Positions 32,396 to 42,527 are shown, numbered from the stretch's first letter. The stretch is 64,000 nucleotides of DNA from Candidatus Xenobia bacterium (GCA_045863235.1 BTUM01000008.1:64001-128000), one strand, 5' to 3'. Program-made: numbers and translations. The notes: generated by a model from the sequence alone, not told the origin.

Positions 32396-33022
32396 ATGGG
32401 TGGTGTAGGACGCGCCATTGGACGAGTCGTCGGGGGAGTGGCCCGGGCCGTAGGCGGAGTGGTCAAAGGGGTCGTCAACATCGCGACCGCCCCCCTCAAA
32501 CTGGTTGGCAACATTGCCAAAGGCATCCTGGGCAACCCAATGCTGGCTGGATTGCTTGGTACCGTCGGTGGCGGCCTGCTCGGCTTCGCCCTGGGCGGAC
32601 CCATCGGGGCGATGCTGGGTGCAGGCCTGGGCGGACAGCTCGGCTCGGGCGCCAGCATGATGTTCATGCAGCATCAGGCCGCTCAGCAGCAGCAGGCCTT
32701 CATGCAGCAGATGATGATGCAGAACAATCAGCAGTTCGGCATGACCAACGCGATGATGCCCCAGTTCGGGATGCCGATGACCCAGATGCCCATGCTGCCC
32801 GGCCAGTACGGCCCTCCGTACGGGATGCCTCAAATGGGGATGCCGATGGGGATGCCGGGCCAGATGGACCCGCAGATGATCTTCATGATGGGGTTCATGA
32901 TGGGCCAGATGTCCGCCCAGCAGGGCCAGCAGCACTGTTGCGGGCAGCCCCCTCAGTGCCCGCCGCCTCGCCCGCCGATCCCGCCCTGTCACTGCCACGG
33001 GCCCCGTCAGTTCCTCTGCTGA
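32396..33022 (+). CDS. Low-complexity glycine-zipper / Met-Gln-Pro-rich protein with Cys-His tail
   Basis: GAGGAGG RBS, strong host codon bias, 208 aa. Confidence 0.85.
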   Translation: MGGVGRAIGRVVGGVARAVGGVVKGVVNIATAPLKLVGNIAKGILGNPMLAGLLGTVGGGLLGFALGGPIGAMLGAGLGGQLGSGASMMFMQHQAAQQQQAFMQQMMMQNNQQFGMTNAMMPQFGMPMTQMPMLPGQYGPPYGMPQMGMPMGMPGQMDPQMIFMMGFMMGQMSAQQGQQHCCGQPPQCPPPRPPIPPCHCHGPRQFLC

Positions 33023-33083
33023 GGGAAACCGGTCGTCAGGTCGCGAAATGGACGGGCAAGCCCCGTCCTTTTTGTCTGTACGG

Positions 33084-33908
33084 ATGGATTACAGCGACTA
33101 CGCCGCCATTTACGACGCCGAGTATGCTGGCTACGACGATGACGTAGCCTTCTATCTCGAGTGGGCCCAAAAGGCCCATCCCCCGGCTCTCGAGCTGGGC
33201 TGTGGGACCGGGCGCATCTTGCTGCCCCTGGCCGACAATGGGGTCGAGATGTGGGGCCTGGACAGTTGCTCGGCCATGCTCGAGCGAGCCCGGGCCAAGC
33301 TGAGCTCCCGACCGCTCGAAACCCGCCAGCGGGTGACCCTGGTCGAGCAGGACATGACCTCCTTCCGGCTCAACCGCAAGTTCGGGCTCATCTACCTGCC
33401 GTTCCGCGAGTTCATGCACCTGACCCGGGTGGACCAGCAGCTTGCATGTCTGCACGCCATCAGGCGGCACCTGCGCAGCGATGGACGCCTGCTGATCAAC
33501 GTCTACGACGTGGACCTGGTCACCCTGGTGCACAGCCGCCAGGCGGCCGACCCGGTGCTCTACCGCCAGCCTGGAGGGGATTACTTGGATGAGCAAGGCC
33601 GCCAGGTGTTGCTCAGTTCGGCCTCGCGCTACGATCCCGAGCAGCAGTGCCTGTTCGAGGAGCGCTTCTACGAAACCATCGGCCCCGGAGGCCAGATCCT
33701 GGAACGGCGCTTCGTGCGCCTCAGCCAGCGATGGTTCTTCCGCTGGGAGATGGTTCACCTGCTCTCTCGCAGTGGCTTCAAGGTGGAGCAGTTGCTGGGG
33801 GGCTACTTCGGCGAGCGCTACAGCGGGCTGGGCCAGGAGATGATCTTCGTGGCCCGCCTGCGCCCCCGCCGGAACTGGAGCAGCGTCGGCTCGACGGTGC
33901 GTTCTTAA
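33084..33908 (+). CDS. Class I SAM-dependent methyltransferase
   Basis: YD..Y..DDVAFY, LELGCGTGR, GLDSCSAML, QDM. Confidence 0.9.
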   Translation: MDYSDYAAIYDAEYAGYDDDVAFYLEWAQKAHPPALELGCGTGRILLPLADNGVEMWGLDSCSAMLERARAKLSSRPLETRQRVTLVEQDMTSFRLNRKFGLIYLPFREFMHLTRVDQQLACLHAIRRHLRSDGRLLINVYDVDLVTLVHSRQAADPVLYRQPGGDYLDEQGRQVLLSSASRYDPEQQCLFEERFYETIGPGGQILERRFVRLSQRWFFRWEMVHLLSRSGFKVEQLLGGYFGERYSGLGQEMIFVARLRPRRNWSSVGSTVRS

Positions 33909-33934
33909 AGTCCGGGGCGAGCCGGTCTTGCACT

Positions 33935-34444
33935 TTAGCTTCGCGCCGCCAACTGAGCCAGATGAAACAGCACCAGCAGGCTGTCCACGCTGCGCGCGGC
34001 ATCCTCCGGGCCAAAGCTGCCCACCTCCCAGGTCTTGCTCACTTCCAGGCCCGAACGACCGCCGGTCAACTCGATGAAGGGCTCCAGGCCAGCGATCGCC
34101 GGCAGGGAGTCGCTGGTGAAGAGGGGGAAGGTGGGCGGGTGCAGTTGCACCAGATAGTTTTCGTCGAACTGGGCAAAGCCCGTCTTGACCTCGCGCGATT
34201 GGCCCACCTCATCCAGAATGCGGGTGACGGTGCTTTCGGGCGAGAGGCTGAGCTGGAACGGCTGGGGCACGGGCACCCGCAAGATGGCCTTGCCGCCCAC
34301 GTCCAGATCAAACTGCACAGGCACGCCGTCGAACGAGCACTCCATCGAGACGCCTGGAGCCTCGGTGGCCCGCGATTTGATGTTCTGGTAGCCTCTCTGC
34401 TGCAGGGCCTCCTGCAGTTGAATTGCGAACTCCTCGGTTTTCAT
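33935..34444 (-). CDS. Hypothetical protein
   Basis: ATG 34444 overlaps upstream hydrolase stop, GGAGG RBS; TGFAQFDENY segment. Confidence 0.7.
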   Translation of the reverse strand: MKTEEFAIQLQEALQQRGYQNIKSRATEAPGVSMECSFDGVPVQFDLDVGGKAILRVPVPQPFQLSLSPESTVTRILDEVGQSREVKTGFAQFDENYLVQLHPPTFPLFTSDSLPAIAGLEPFIELTGGRSGLEVSKTWEVGSFGPEDAARSVDSLLVLFHLAQLAARS

Positions 34445-35211
34445 GCGGCCTCCCAGCGGCTGATGACATCCAGGTCTTCCGGGGTCAGGTCTTCTCGACC
34501 CTGCAGACAATTCATCCAGAATCGACGGGTCAAGCGGGCGATGGAAGGCAGCCAGCGCTCGAGCCGCATCCCCAGCCCGGCGAACGTAAGGTGCTCGGCC
34601 TCCTCGAAAACGGCCAGATAGCGAGGTCTAGCCCGCAGTCTGGGAAAAATCTCCAAACGCTGCTCGTAGGTCCTGGTGGCGGTGAGCGAGTGGTCACGGG
34701 TACCGGTGAGCATGAGGGTGGGCGCCTGGAGAGCCACCAAGGCCTCATCGCTGAGGCTGCCCGGGAAGGGGGGAGACATGAGCAGCAGGCCCTCACAGCC
34801 CTCCTGAGCAGCCAGGGCGGCCACCGTGGCCGACCCATAGGAGTGCCCGGCCAATCCGACCGGCGCCCCGGCCAGCTCGGGGTGAAGCGCCAGCAGTTGA
34901 CCCCGAGCAAAGCGTAGATCCTCCACCCGATGACGGAACTCCTGGTGGTCTTGCTCCACCAGATGTTCGATCCGGGCGGCAAAGTCGCGCCCCACCTCGG
35001 ACTTGAGTCGGGCCAGAGCCTCGTGGTTGCTGCCGACGTGCTCCACCACGGCCACCGCCATCCCCTGCTCGGCCCAGTCCCGGGCCAGGTAGGCATAGCC
35101 GTTGCACGCGCCGCCATAGCCGGGAGAGAACAGCACCAGCGGGCCGCGTGCGGGATAGAGGCAGACGGGCACCTTGCGTCCCCGGGCCTGGTCGTGGAGA
35201 TCGAGTGTCAA
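34441..35211 (-). CDS. Alpha/beta hydrolase (PAF-AH/chlorophyllase-like)
   Basis: LFSPGYGG, GHSYG nucleophile elbow, TGTRD, AEHLTF. Confidence 0.85.
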   Translation of the reverse strand: MTLDLHDQARGRKVPVCLYPARGPLVLFSPGYGGACNGYAYLARDWAEQGMAVAVVEHVGSNHEALARLKSEVGRDFAARIEHLVEQDHQEFRHRVEDLRFARGQLLALHPELAGAPVGLAGHSYGSATVAALAAQEGCEGLLLMSPPFPGSLSDEALVALQAPTLMLTGTRDHSLTATRTYEQRLEIFPRLRARPRYLAVFEEAEHLTFAGLGMRLERWLPSIARLTRRFWMNCLQGREDLTPEDLDVISRWEAA

Positions 35212-35305
35212 AGCCAGGTCGCGCTCTTTCGTGGCCCGGTCGCGAGGACCCTACCGGACGGGGCCGAAGGCCAAGCCTTCAGCAACCGAAACAGAGGAGG
35301 TCGCC

Positions 35306-35575
35306 ATGGCCAAGCGTGCCGAGCCCGAAGAACACGAATACGAGGAAGACAGCGAGGAAGCTTTCAAAAAGGCCGACCGGGCTCTTCAGAAGTACCTCAA
35401 GTCGCTCGAAAAGGGCGATGCCGACAAGCCGGTGAGCGTGCGCCAATTCGCCCAGGGGATGTCCCTGCTCTACAAGGCCCAGAGCGCCACCATGCTGCTG
35501 GTTCTCGACGAGATGGCCAGCATGCTGCAAGATTTCCTGGAAAGTCTGCACGACGAGCCGGACGAAGAGGACTGA
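35306..35575 (+). CDS. Small acidic hypothetical protein
   Basis: GAGGAGG RBS before ATG 35306; 89 aa, helical, acidic ends. Confidence 0.7.
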   Translation: MAKRAEPEEHEYEEDSEEAFKKADRALQKYLKSLEKGDADKPVSVRQFAQGMSLLYKAQSATMLLVLDEMASMLQDFLESLHDEPDEED

Positions 35576-35578
35576 CCC

Positions 35579-36316
35579 TCAGCGCTTGAGGTTGCTCTCG
35601 AAGAAGGACCAGATGGCCGCCCAGGCCGCCTGGGCCTGAGTCTTGTCGTAGCCGGCCTGGTTGTTGGGGTTCATGAAGGCGTGACCCACTTTGGGGAAGA
35701 CCACAATTTTGTGCTGCTTACCCGCCTCGCTGAGGGCCTTCTCGAAAGCCTTCACAGTATCCAGGGGAATGCCCCGGTCGGTCTCGCCAAAGATGCCCAG
35801 AACAGGCCCTTGCAGGCTCTTCACCCCATCGGCACGCGTCTTGACCTGACCGTAGGCCACCACCGTGGCCTGCAGGGGCTTGTGCAGAGCCAGCTCCAGG
35901 GCGTACCCGCCGCCCATGCACCAGCCGATGCAACCGATCCGGTCCTTCCTGACGTCCTTGCGACCCTTGAGATAAGCCAGCACGGCCTCCAGGTCGGACA
36001 GGGCGCGATCGGCCGGCAAACCGCGCGAGAGCTCGTGGGCCAGGTCGCGATCACCGGTCACCTTGCCCCGATACAGGTCGACGGCCAGGGCCACGTAACC
36101 CTTGCGAGCACACGCGTCGGCCTGCTCCCTGGTCCAGTCGTTGAGACCCCACCATTCGTGAATCAGGATCACGGCCGGAAAGGGCCCCTTGCCCGTGGGC
36201 AGAGCCAGGTAGCCGCTCACCGTTTCGTCGCCCGCTTTGAACTGCACCATCTCGCCGCCGGGGGCGGCCAGCGCCAGCCCGGTCAAGAACAAAAGGCAGA
36301 TTGCCCATCTCGTCAT
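35579..36316 (-). CDS. Dienelactone hydrolase family protein with signal peptide
   Basis: IHEWWGLN, GWCMGG, GHAFMN. Confidence 0.92.
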   Translation of the reverse strand: MTRWAICLLFLTGLALAAPGGEMVQFKAGDETVSGYLALPTGKGPFPAVILIHEWWGLNDWTREQADACARKGYVALAVDLYRGKVTGDRDLAHELSRGLPADRALSDLEAVLAYLKGRKDVRKDRIGCIGWCMGGGYALELALHKPLQATVVAYGQVKTRADGVKSLQGPVLGIFGETDRGIPLDTVKAFEKALSEAGKQHKIVVFPKVGHAFMNPNNQAGYDKTQAQAAWAAIWSFFESNLKR

Positions 36317-36317
36317 G

Positions 36318-37220
36318 TCAAGTCCTCCGCATTCTCTGCTCCAGCTCCTCCAGGGTGCGGGGCCAATCCTGGCGTAACAGACGCGACAGAGATCGGTCGG
36401 CCAGCAGCTTGCCCTGAGTCTGGCAGGTTGGGCAGTAGTTGGTCTCGTTCTCGGCGTAGCGAATGCGCTGCACCGGCGTGCCGCAATCGGGGCAGGGCAA
36501 CCGGTAGCGACCGTGCACTGCCATGTCCTCACGAAACGCGGTCACCTTCTCGGGGAACCCCTCCTTCGCCTCGCGCCGCAGCTTCTCCACCCATTCGCTC
36601 AGGGTGGCCCGGGTGGCCTGATAGAGCCGCTCCACCTCCTCGGCGGTCAGCTTCTGAGTGAGCTTCACCGGCGACAGCCGGGCCCGATGCAGAATCTCGT
36701 CGGAGTAAGCGTTGCCGATGCCCGAGAAGAGGTGGGGGTCGGTAAGGCTGCGCTTGAGAGTGTGGTTCTCACGCTGCAGCGTGGCCCGGAAGGCGGCAAG
36801 GTTCGCCTCCAGCACCTCCAGGCCGCCCGGATCGAACGCTGCCAGCTGCTCTCGGCCGCGCACCAGGTGCAGGGAAGCGCGCCTCCTGGTGCCAGCCTCG
36901 GTCAGGTAGAGGAGCCCGGTGGAGAAGGTGAAGATGGCCATCGGCCTGAGGGCCGGACCCTTCTGGCTGGCCTGTCGCCAGCGCAGGCGGCCTGCGATCA
37001 TGAGGTGCAACACGCTGAACAGCTCGCCCTCGAACTCAAAGACCAGGCGCTTTCCCAGACGGGCGAAACCCACCACTCTGCGCCCGATCAACTCGGACAC
37101 GGGCGGCTCCACGCTGCGCAGCAGAAAGGGGCTGCCCAGTTCGAGATTCTCCAGCACCGCGCCACCGATTCGCTCTTCGAGTGCCTCCAGGTAGACGACC
37201 ACGTCGGGTAGCTCCGGCAT
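36318..37220 (-). CDS. Fpg/Nei family DNA glycosylase
   Basis: MPELPDV N-terminus, HLMIAG, GIGNAYSDE H2TH, CPDC/CPTC zinc finger. Confidence 0.93.
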   Translation of the reverse strand: MPELPDVVVYLEALEERIGGAVLENLELGSPFLLRSVEPPVSELIGRRVVGFARLGKRLVFEFEGELFSVLHLMIAGRLRWRQASQKGPALRPMAIFTFSTGLLYLTEAGTRRRASLHLVRGREQLAAFDPGGLEVLEANLAAFRATLQRENHTLKRSLTDPHLFSGIGNAYSDEILHRARLSPVKLTQKLTAEEVERLYQATRATLSEWVEKLRREAKEGFPEKVTAFREDMAVHGRYRLPCPDCGTPVQRIRYAENETNYCPTCQTQGKLLADRSLSRLLRQDWPRTLEELEQRMRRT

Positions 37221-37296
37221 TTCACTGGCTTGCGATTCGGCTCGCCCGGTTCCTCCTCGGAGTAACTCGAGGCCTGGACGCCGAATCTACCCTCCA

Positions 37297-39312
37297 GTGC
37301 AGATCCCGCCCACCGGATTGACCTTTTCCCCGGCGCTGCGGCCCCAGGTCGCTGCCGACGCTCAGGCTCCTGTGCAGGCAGCGGCCGAACAGCGGCCGGC
37401 CCGTCTGCCAACGGTGGCCGAGCTGAGGCAATGGGCCATGTGCGAGCCGGAGCGTGCCCAGAGCGAGCTGCTCGGCCTCCTGAAAGGGCGAGCCGAAGGT
37501 CTGGCGCGCCTGCGAGCCGTGCTGACGGCGGCCAAAGGCGATGAGCCTTTGAAACGTTTGCTCGAGCCGCACCGGCAGCAGATCTGGAGCACGGGCAACA
37601 TGGCCTTCAATCTCAAGCTGCTGGAGGAGAAGCACCTGCCCGACACCGGTTTCGCGCAGCGCGAGTTGTGGCCCCGGGTGGGCGAGAGCTCGGAAGCGAC
37701 CCGAGCCCTGCAGACCTTGTGGGAAGTGGCAGGCCCTTACGACCGTAATCAAAGGTTGGCTCCTCTGCTGACCCTGGAGCGACCGATCGGCCAGGAAATG
37801 GGCACCCTGCTGGAACAGCAGTTCACCCGTTGGAGTCGGCCGGGAGCCGAGTTGCGTGCTCACCTGCAGGCCCGGGTGGAGCAGTCGCTGACCCGGCTGG
37901 CCGAGCACCCCCTGGGCCAGGCGCTGCCCGACCCCGAGCTGGAGGCCCATCGCCAGCAACTGCAAGCGCTGACGCCATTCGTGGAGGACAAGCAGCTGGC
38001 CCGGCGCTTGCTGGAGCGGGTGATGGCCGATCCCAGCTTGGCGCTCTTTAGCGAAGCCGGCAAGGCTTCGGGACTTGCCAGCCTTGTCTACCAGCGGATC
38101 TTTCCCGACCCGGAAATCAGCCAGGCTCTGCTCTCTGAGCTTGGCAGCGAGCTGAAGTCGGCCGGAAGCCTGGCCGGGCTCTCCGAGCGGGGTCTACGGG
38201 TGTTCGGTGTGCTGGTGGCCCAGGCCGACGACCGGTCCGTGATGGGCCCGCTGGGGGCCGTTCTGGAAGACGAATTCCGCCGGCCTCACAGCGACCCGAA
38301 TCAGGCCGAGCTGCTGACCCGCCTGCTGGTTCTGAATGCCAGTGCCTGCTCCAGCGCCTTGCAGGGCAACTGGCGCATGGAAGAGAGCTTTCCACGCTTG
38401 CGCCAGATGGTGGAGCTGCTGGTGGAGTCCAAGTGGGCCCACGCCGACCGCCAGTGGCACCACCTCGAGAACGGCTGGGCGGGGGGGCTGACCGAGCAGT
38501 TGGAGAAGCACCTCTGGCACGGAATCTATGGCCAGGATCCGGTGCCCACCGTGGCCCCCGTTCAGGACGGGTCCCTCAGCCTGAGCGTCAAGGCGGGCCG
38601 CCAGCACGTGGCCGAAATGCTGGACCAGTTTGCCGCCGGACCCGAGAATCCCAAGGCCGGGGCGGCCATCCAGATCCTCGAGCATCTGGCCCAGCGCGAT
38701 CAGATCCTGGCCGATCACCTCCTGGCCGACAGCAAGACCCTGCTGCGAGACTGGAACTCCGTGCCCGTCGAAGGGGTGCGCTACGCTGTCGCGCGCCTGC
38801 GTAACCGCCTGCTCGAGCGCAACCTGAAGCTGCCGGCCGCCGAGCGCGAGGCAAAGCGCGAGGAGACGCTGCAGATCGCCGCCAGCATGGGACGCGACGG
38901 CGTGCCCCTGGTGACCGCACTGCAGACCTACTACCCGGCCGTGACCCCGGTGGCCACCCGGCTGCTCGATCCGCAGGCGGTGCTGGCCCTGTATCAGGAG
39001 GTGCAGTCACACGGGCCCAACCTCAATCAGCGCTTCGAGTGGGTGGATCGCCTGCTGACCCTGGTACAGGCTCAGGGCTCGGAGCACGTCTTGGAGGATA
39101 CCCTGAAGGGCTATCGGCGGCTGGAAGAGCTGCTGGCCAGCGGCCAGAGCCTGACTCAGGCCATGCAGGTGGTCGCTCTGGAGATCCTCGACCTCAATGG
39201 CCTGCTCGGCGGGCAGCCGAACGCCGGCCGAGCGCCCACCATGATTCGGGAGGATTCCACCTCCACGACTTTCGGAGGCAGCCGGCTCAAGAAACGACGG
39301 GTCAGCGACTGA
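37297..39312 (+). CDS. Hypothetical helical protein with C-terminal IxE-x6-FGG-xx-LKKR motif
   Basis: 671-aa ORF, host codon usage, no recognisable domain. Confidence 0.8.
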   Translation: MQIPPTGLTFSPALRPQVAADAQAPVQAAAEQRPARLPTVAELRQWAMCEPERAQSELLGLLKGRAEGLARLRAVLTAAKGDEPLKRLLEPHRQQIWSTGNMAFNLKLLEEKHLPDTGFAQRELWPRVGESSEATRALQTLWEVAGPYDRNQRLAPLLTLERPIGQEMGTLLEQQFTRWSRPGAELRAHLQARVEQSLTRLAEHPLGQALPDPELEAHRQQLQALTPFVEDKQLARRLLERVMADPSLALFSEAGKASGLASLVYQRIFPDPEISQALLSELGSELKSAGSLAGLSERGLRVFGVLVAQADDRSVMGPLGAVLEDEFRRPHSDPNQAELLTRLLVLNASACSSALQGNWRMEESFPRLRQMVELLVESKWAHADRQWHHLENGWAGGLTEQLEKHLWHGIYGQDPVPTVAPVQDGSLSLSVKAGRQHVAEMLDQFAAGPENPKAGAAIQILEHLAQRDQILADHLLADSKTLLRDWNSVPVEGVRYAVARLRNRLLERNLKLPAAEREAKREETLQIAASMGRDGVPLVTALQTYYPAVTPVATRLLDPQAVLALYQEVQSHGPNLNQRFEWVDRLLTLVQAQGSEHVLEDTLKGYRRLEELLASGQSLTQAMQVVALEILDLNGLLGGQPNAGRAPTMIREDSTSTTFGGSRLKKRRVSD

Positions 39313-41407
39313 ACTGCCGTTCGAGCTCCTCGGCCCGGGGGACGGCGGGATCGCCTGGCTCCCAGCCAAACCAGAGATAGACCACAGCTGGCAGAGTGAC
39401 TCTGCAGTAGTAGCGCAACCGCTGGGTGGCCACCGGCCGGCCGTTCTCTGACCAGACCCAGCCGGCGAAGGGCTGGGTACGACCCTTATGCATCTCGTAG
39501 CGAAAGCGAGTCGGAAAAACCGGATGGATGCGGGCCTGCAGGCGGCGCCCCCGGAGCAGGCAACCCATGTCGCCTCGCATCATCACGTCGATGTGAGGGG
39601 CGAGCAGCAAGACCTCCTCGAGTTGCACTTCCCCCTCGCCCTCCAGGCTGTCGCGCACGGCCAGGCGCTTCTTCTCGGGCTGGAACAAGAGCTCACGACG
39701 CAGACGGAAGGGTCGCTCGGAGCCCATCCAGACGTCGCGGCCGCCGGCCATGGAGAGGCCTTCGCGGCGCTGCTCCACGGCCAGGCGATGTCCCTCCCCG
39801 CTGAGCTGCAGGGGCTCGAGCTCTCCGGCCACGCGCGGGGCTGAGTGGCAGGAAAGGGAGGCGAAGGCCTGAGCCACCGAGCCTGGAGCTGCCGGCCCTC
39901 CCGGCTCGACCAGGACGGGCTCGCCCTCCAGGGTCAGGACCAGGCTGAGCAGATCGTCGTGGGCAAGGGGGGGCGGGAACCTGGACTCGGGGGGTGCCTC
40001 CAGCGGCAAGCCCCGCAGCAGGCACCAGCTCGAGCGCGACTCCCAGCCGTCGCGCACGGTCACCAGCCCGGCCTCGGGATAATATCCTCCCACCGGGGGC
40101 AGAGCGGTATCGCTCAACGAGTCATAGCGCGACTGGGCCGAGGGGCCGAACCACCAGAGCATCTCCATCGGCATCTCCCCCGCCAGTCGCGCCAGCGCCC
40201 CGTGCCCCAGGGCCAGAGCCCCGAAAGCGAGCAAGCGCTGGGTGTGCTCGGAGGGGCCACAACAGCGGCCCAACAGGCCCGGACCCTGGCCACGTCCGAT
40301 CTCGGGCACGAGCGCGTTGGGCGGGCGCAGATGGCAGAGGGCCTCCAGAGCCTCCTGGGCCCGAGCTGCCAGGACATCACCGGTGTGCATCTGGTTCAGG
40401 CGGTGCAGAGCTGCTGGCAGCAACAGCCACTCGCAAGCCTGGCGCTGGGCTGCCGCGGAACCGCTCTTGTGCAGTCCGTCCTGGCCCAACTCGTTCTGGA
40501 CACAGATCGGGAAAGCCGCCGATGACTGGCGCAGCCACTTCTTGCTGAGCACCAGCTCGGGCAGGGTCAGGGCCAGCACCTGCAGCGCCGAGGCCGTGCA
40601 GAGGCGGGGGTGCTCGTGCAAGCTGCGCGACAGAGCCAGACCGTGTAACAGCAGCGTGCGCAGTACACGGCCCAGCACATCGGCCGTCAACTGGGCCGAC
40701 TTGAGGAAGTAGTGCATGGCCAGCAGCCAGTTCAGGGTGCGGTGGGCCACCATCTCGGGGTCCATCCAGTTGACCCCGAAGAGAGGCGGATTGCGCTCGC
40801 TCCAGTCCACCATCTGCACGATGAACTCGCTGGCGAAGCGCTCATGGCCGGTCAGCCAGTAAGCCCGCCCCATGTCCACGAAGTGACCGTGACGGTTGAA
40901 TTCCCAGGTCACCTGGATGGCCGCCTCGGGACTCGTCCCCGCCAGCTGCTCCTCGAGGTCCTCCAGCGAGCCGTACATCCACGAGCCGCCCTTGAAGTCG
41001 GAGAACCAGTCGATGGCTCCCTGAAAGCTCTGCTCCTCCACCCCCAGAGGGCCAAAGGTGTGGTGCAGCGCCCGCTCGACCTCGCTCAGAAGCCGGTTGG
41101 CCTCTTCGCGCCGCTCGGCCAGAGCCGGCCGCAGCATATCGCACTCGGTGAAGTGCAAGAAGAATAGCGGACGGATCCGGTCGTGGAAGTGCTCGAGCAG
41201 GTGCTCGGAAGCCTCATGCAGGCGCTGGGCCCGGGCAGCGGCCCGAGCTTCCTCCAGCGCCGCGGTGAGCGGACTGAGCTGAAAGTAGAGGTCAGGCTCC
41301 TCGAGCGTGAGCGGAAGGCGCTCGTGCACATGCTCTGAGAGCCGCGCCTCCAGGTCTTCCTGGTGGCCCAGCAGAGTCTTGACGCGCTTCTTCAGACCCT
41401 TGAACAA
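39302..41407 (-). CDS. Heparinase II/III-like (alginate lyase fold) protein
   Basis: WEFNRH, AYWLTG, NPP..GVNW, HDDLLS, EPG, HS; start (TTG 41407) uncertain. Confidence 0.8.
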   Translation of the reverse strand: MFKGLKKRVKTLLGHQEDLEARLSEHVHERLPLTLEEPDLYFQLSPLTAALEEARAAARAQRLHEASEHLLEHFHDRIRPLFFLHFTECDMLRPALAERREEANRLLSEVERALHHTFGPLGVEEQSFQGAIDWFSDFKGGSWMYGSLEDLEEQLAGTSPEAAIQVTWEFNRHGHFVDMGRAYWLTGHERFASEFIVQMVDWSERNPPLFGVNWMDPEMVAHRTLNWLLAMHYFLKSAQLTADVLGRVLRTLLLHGLALSRSLHEHPRLCTASALQVLALTLPELVLSKKWLRQSSAAFPICVQNELGQDGLHKSGSAAAQRQACEWLLLPAALHRLNQMHTGDVLAARAQEALEALCHLRPPNALVPEIGRGQGPGLLGRCCGPSEHTQRLLAFGALALGHGALARLAGEMPMEMLWWFGPSAQSRYDSLSDTALPPVGGYYPEAGLVTVRDGWESRSSWCLLRGLPLEAPPESRFPPPLAHDDLLSLVLTLEGEPVLVEPGGPAAPGSVAQAFASLSCHSAPRVAGELEPLQLSGEGHRLAVEQRREGLSMAGGRDVWMGSERPFRLRRELLFQPEKKRLAVRDSLEGEGEVQLEEVLLLAPHIDVMMRGDMGCLLRGRRLQARIHPVFPTRFRYEMHKGRTQPFAGWVWSENGRPVATQRLRYYCRVTLPAVVYLWFGWEPGDPAVPRAEELERQFSR

Positions 41408-41414
41408 ACCGCCT

Positions 41415-42527
41415 TCAGACGGCGCCCACGGGCGCGCCAAAGAACTGATGGACCACTTTGGAGACGGTGGCCGTCTGGTCCTCGGTCAACTCGGGGAACA
41501 TGGGGAGAGAAAGCACTTCGTGCTGGGCCTTCTCGCTTTCGGGCAGGCTTCCCGCCGGAATCTGCAGATCGGCGAAAAGGGGCTGCTGGTGCAGGCAGAC
41601 GGGATAGTAAACCACGCTGCCTACGCCGTGGTCATTGAGGTAGGCCTGCAGCTCCTTGCGCCGGGCGGTGCGAACCGTGTACTGATGATAGACGTGGTAC
41701 GCGCCCGGGGTCGCCTGAGGCACCGTCACCACGTCGCTCAAGAGCTTGTGGTAGCGCTCGGCCACCTGGCGACGGCAGGTGTTCCACTGATCGAGATACT
41801 TCAGCTTGACACGCAGGGCGGCGGCCTGGATCTCGTCCAGGCGGCTGTTGGTGCCCAGAATTTCGTGGTGATACTTCTTGGCGCTGCCGTGGCCGCGCAG
41901 CTTGCGCACCTTCTCGGCCAGCTCGGGGCGGTTGCTCAGCACCATTCCGCCGTCCCCGATCCCGCCCAGGTTCTTGGACGGGAAGAACGAGAAGCAACCG
42001 AAGTCGCCGATGGTCCCCACTTTGCGGCCGTTGTAAGTGCAGCCGGCGGCCTGGGCGCAATCTTCGATGACGGCGAGCTTGTGGCGCGAGGCCAGGGCCA
42101 TCAGCTCGTCCATCGGAGCGGCATTGCCGTAGAGGTGGACCACCACGAGGGCCCGCGTGCGGGGGGTGATGGCCCGCTCCACGCTGGCCGGGTCGAGGCA
42201 GTAAGTCACCGGGTCGATGTCGGCAAAGACCGGCCTGGCTCCCGCCAGTGCCACCGCTCCGGCCGTGGCCATGAAGGTGAACGAGGGACAGATCACCTCG
42301 TCGCCAGGGGCGATGTCGAGGGCCCGCACCGCCAGGTGCAGGGCGTCGGTGCCGTTGGCCACGCCGATGCCGTGAGCGGCCTGGTTGTATGCTGCAAACT
42401 CGTTCTCGAAGGCCTGGACCTCGGGGCCCAGAATGTAGTGGGTGCCACGCAGTGCGCGCAGGACGGCCTCTTCCAGCTCCTGGCCGATATTCTTGTACTG
42501 GCTGGCCAGCTCTAAGATCGGGATCAT
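41415..42527 (-). CDS. DegT/DnrJ/EryC1/StrS nucleotide-sugar aminotransferase
   Basis: NGTDAL, VHLYG, EDCAQA, SFFPSKNLG, NSRLDEIQAA. Confidence 0.95.
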   Translation of the reverse strand: MIPILELASQYKNIGQELEEAVLRALRGTHYILGPEVQAFENEFAAYNQAAHGIGVANGTDALHLAVRALDIAPGDEVICPSFTFMATAGAVALAGARPVFADIDPVTYCLDPASVERAITPRTRALVVVHLYGNAAPMDELMALASRHKLAVIEDCAQAAGCTYNGRKVGTIGDFGCFSFFPSKNLGGIGDGGMVLSNRPELAEKVRKLRGHGSAKKYHHEILGTNSRLDEIQAAALRVKLKYLDQWNTCRRQVAERYHKLLSDVVTVPQATPGAYHVYHQYTVRTARRKELQAYLNDHGVGSVVYYPVCLHQQPLFADLQIPAGSLPESEKAQHEVLSLPMFPELTEDQTATVSKVVHQFFGAPVGAV

